This document shows positions 17,538-17,581 of a stretch of DNA of 17,581 bases, piece after piece; the first letter of the stretch is position 1; every line of letters starts with the position of its first letter. The notes under the pieces were generated by a model. The model did no database searches. It had not been told where the DNA came from and was given only the letters and a program-made list of their open reading frames with translations. This DNA is from Paramicrosporidium saccamoebae KSL3. Taxonomy: Eukaryota > Fungi > Cryptomycota. The position numbers and the translations under genes were made by a program. The DNA lies in NCBI GenBank assembly GCA_002794465.1, contig MTSL01000166.1, positions 20,480 through 38,060 on the forward strand, in the 5' to 3' direction.

Positions 17538-17581
17538 GTTGATTTTGTCCCATTGGATCGCGGTAGATTGGGGGGGGGGGG

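Noticed and set aside
17570-17581. Terminal G12 run
   Set aside because: Cut by the window edge; may be a simple homopolymer or a sequencing/assembly artefact; no telomeric repeat is visible.

Overview
Eukaryotic, compact-genome DNA with tiny spliceosomal introns (27-35 nt) and a fungal-type TOP1. My inference is an early-diverging fungal relative such as Rozellomycota/Opisthosporidia; this is not confirmed. The right third is a housekeeping block: TEL2 (12930-15143, one 30-nt intron) and DNA topoisomerase IB TOP1 (15329-17533, one 27-nt intron). The left ~12.8 kb is a lineage-specific island undergoing gene birth and death. It holds (i) a 1733-aa signal-peptide protein built from five ~205-215-aa repeats that align by eye with the PP2C/PTC7 phosphatase fold but lack most metal-binding Asp residues, (ii) a secreted loosenin/expansin-like DPBB protein, and (iii) two unrelated multi-pass membrane families with no family I recognise. 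Family A lies on + (2 intact, 2 relic copies). Family B lies on - (1 partial at the window edge, 1 intact, 1 truncated, 2 pseudogenes). A and B occur twice as a head-to-head B<-->A pair across a short CCAAT/TATA intergenic region. Family B genes have an exon 1 and intron missed by the ORF track, conserved in position and phase across three copies. No rRNA, tRNA, CRISPR or autonomous mobile element is supported. All alignments were done by eye; no database searches were run.
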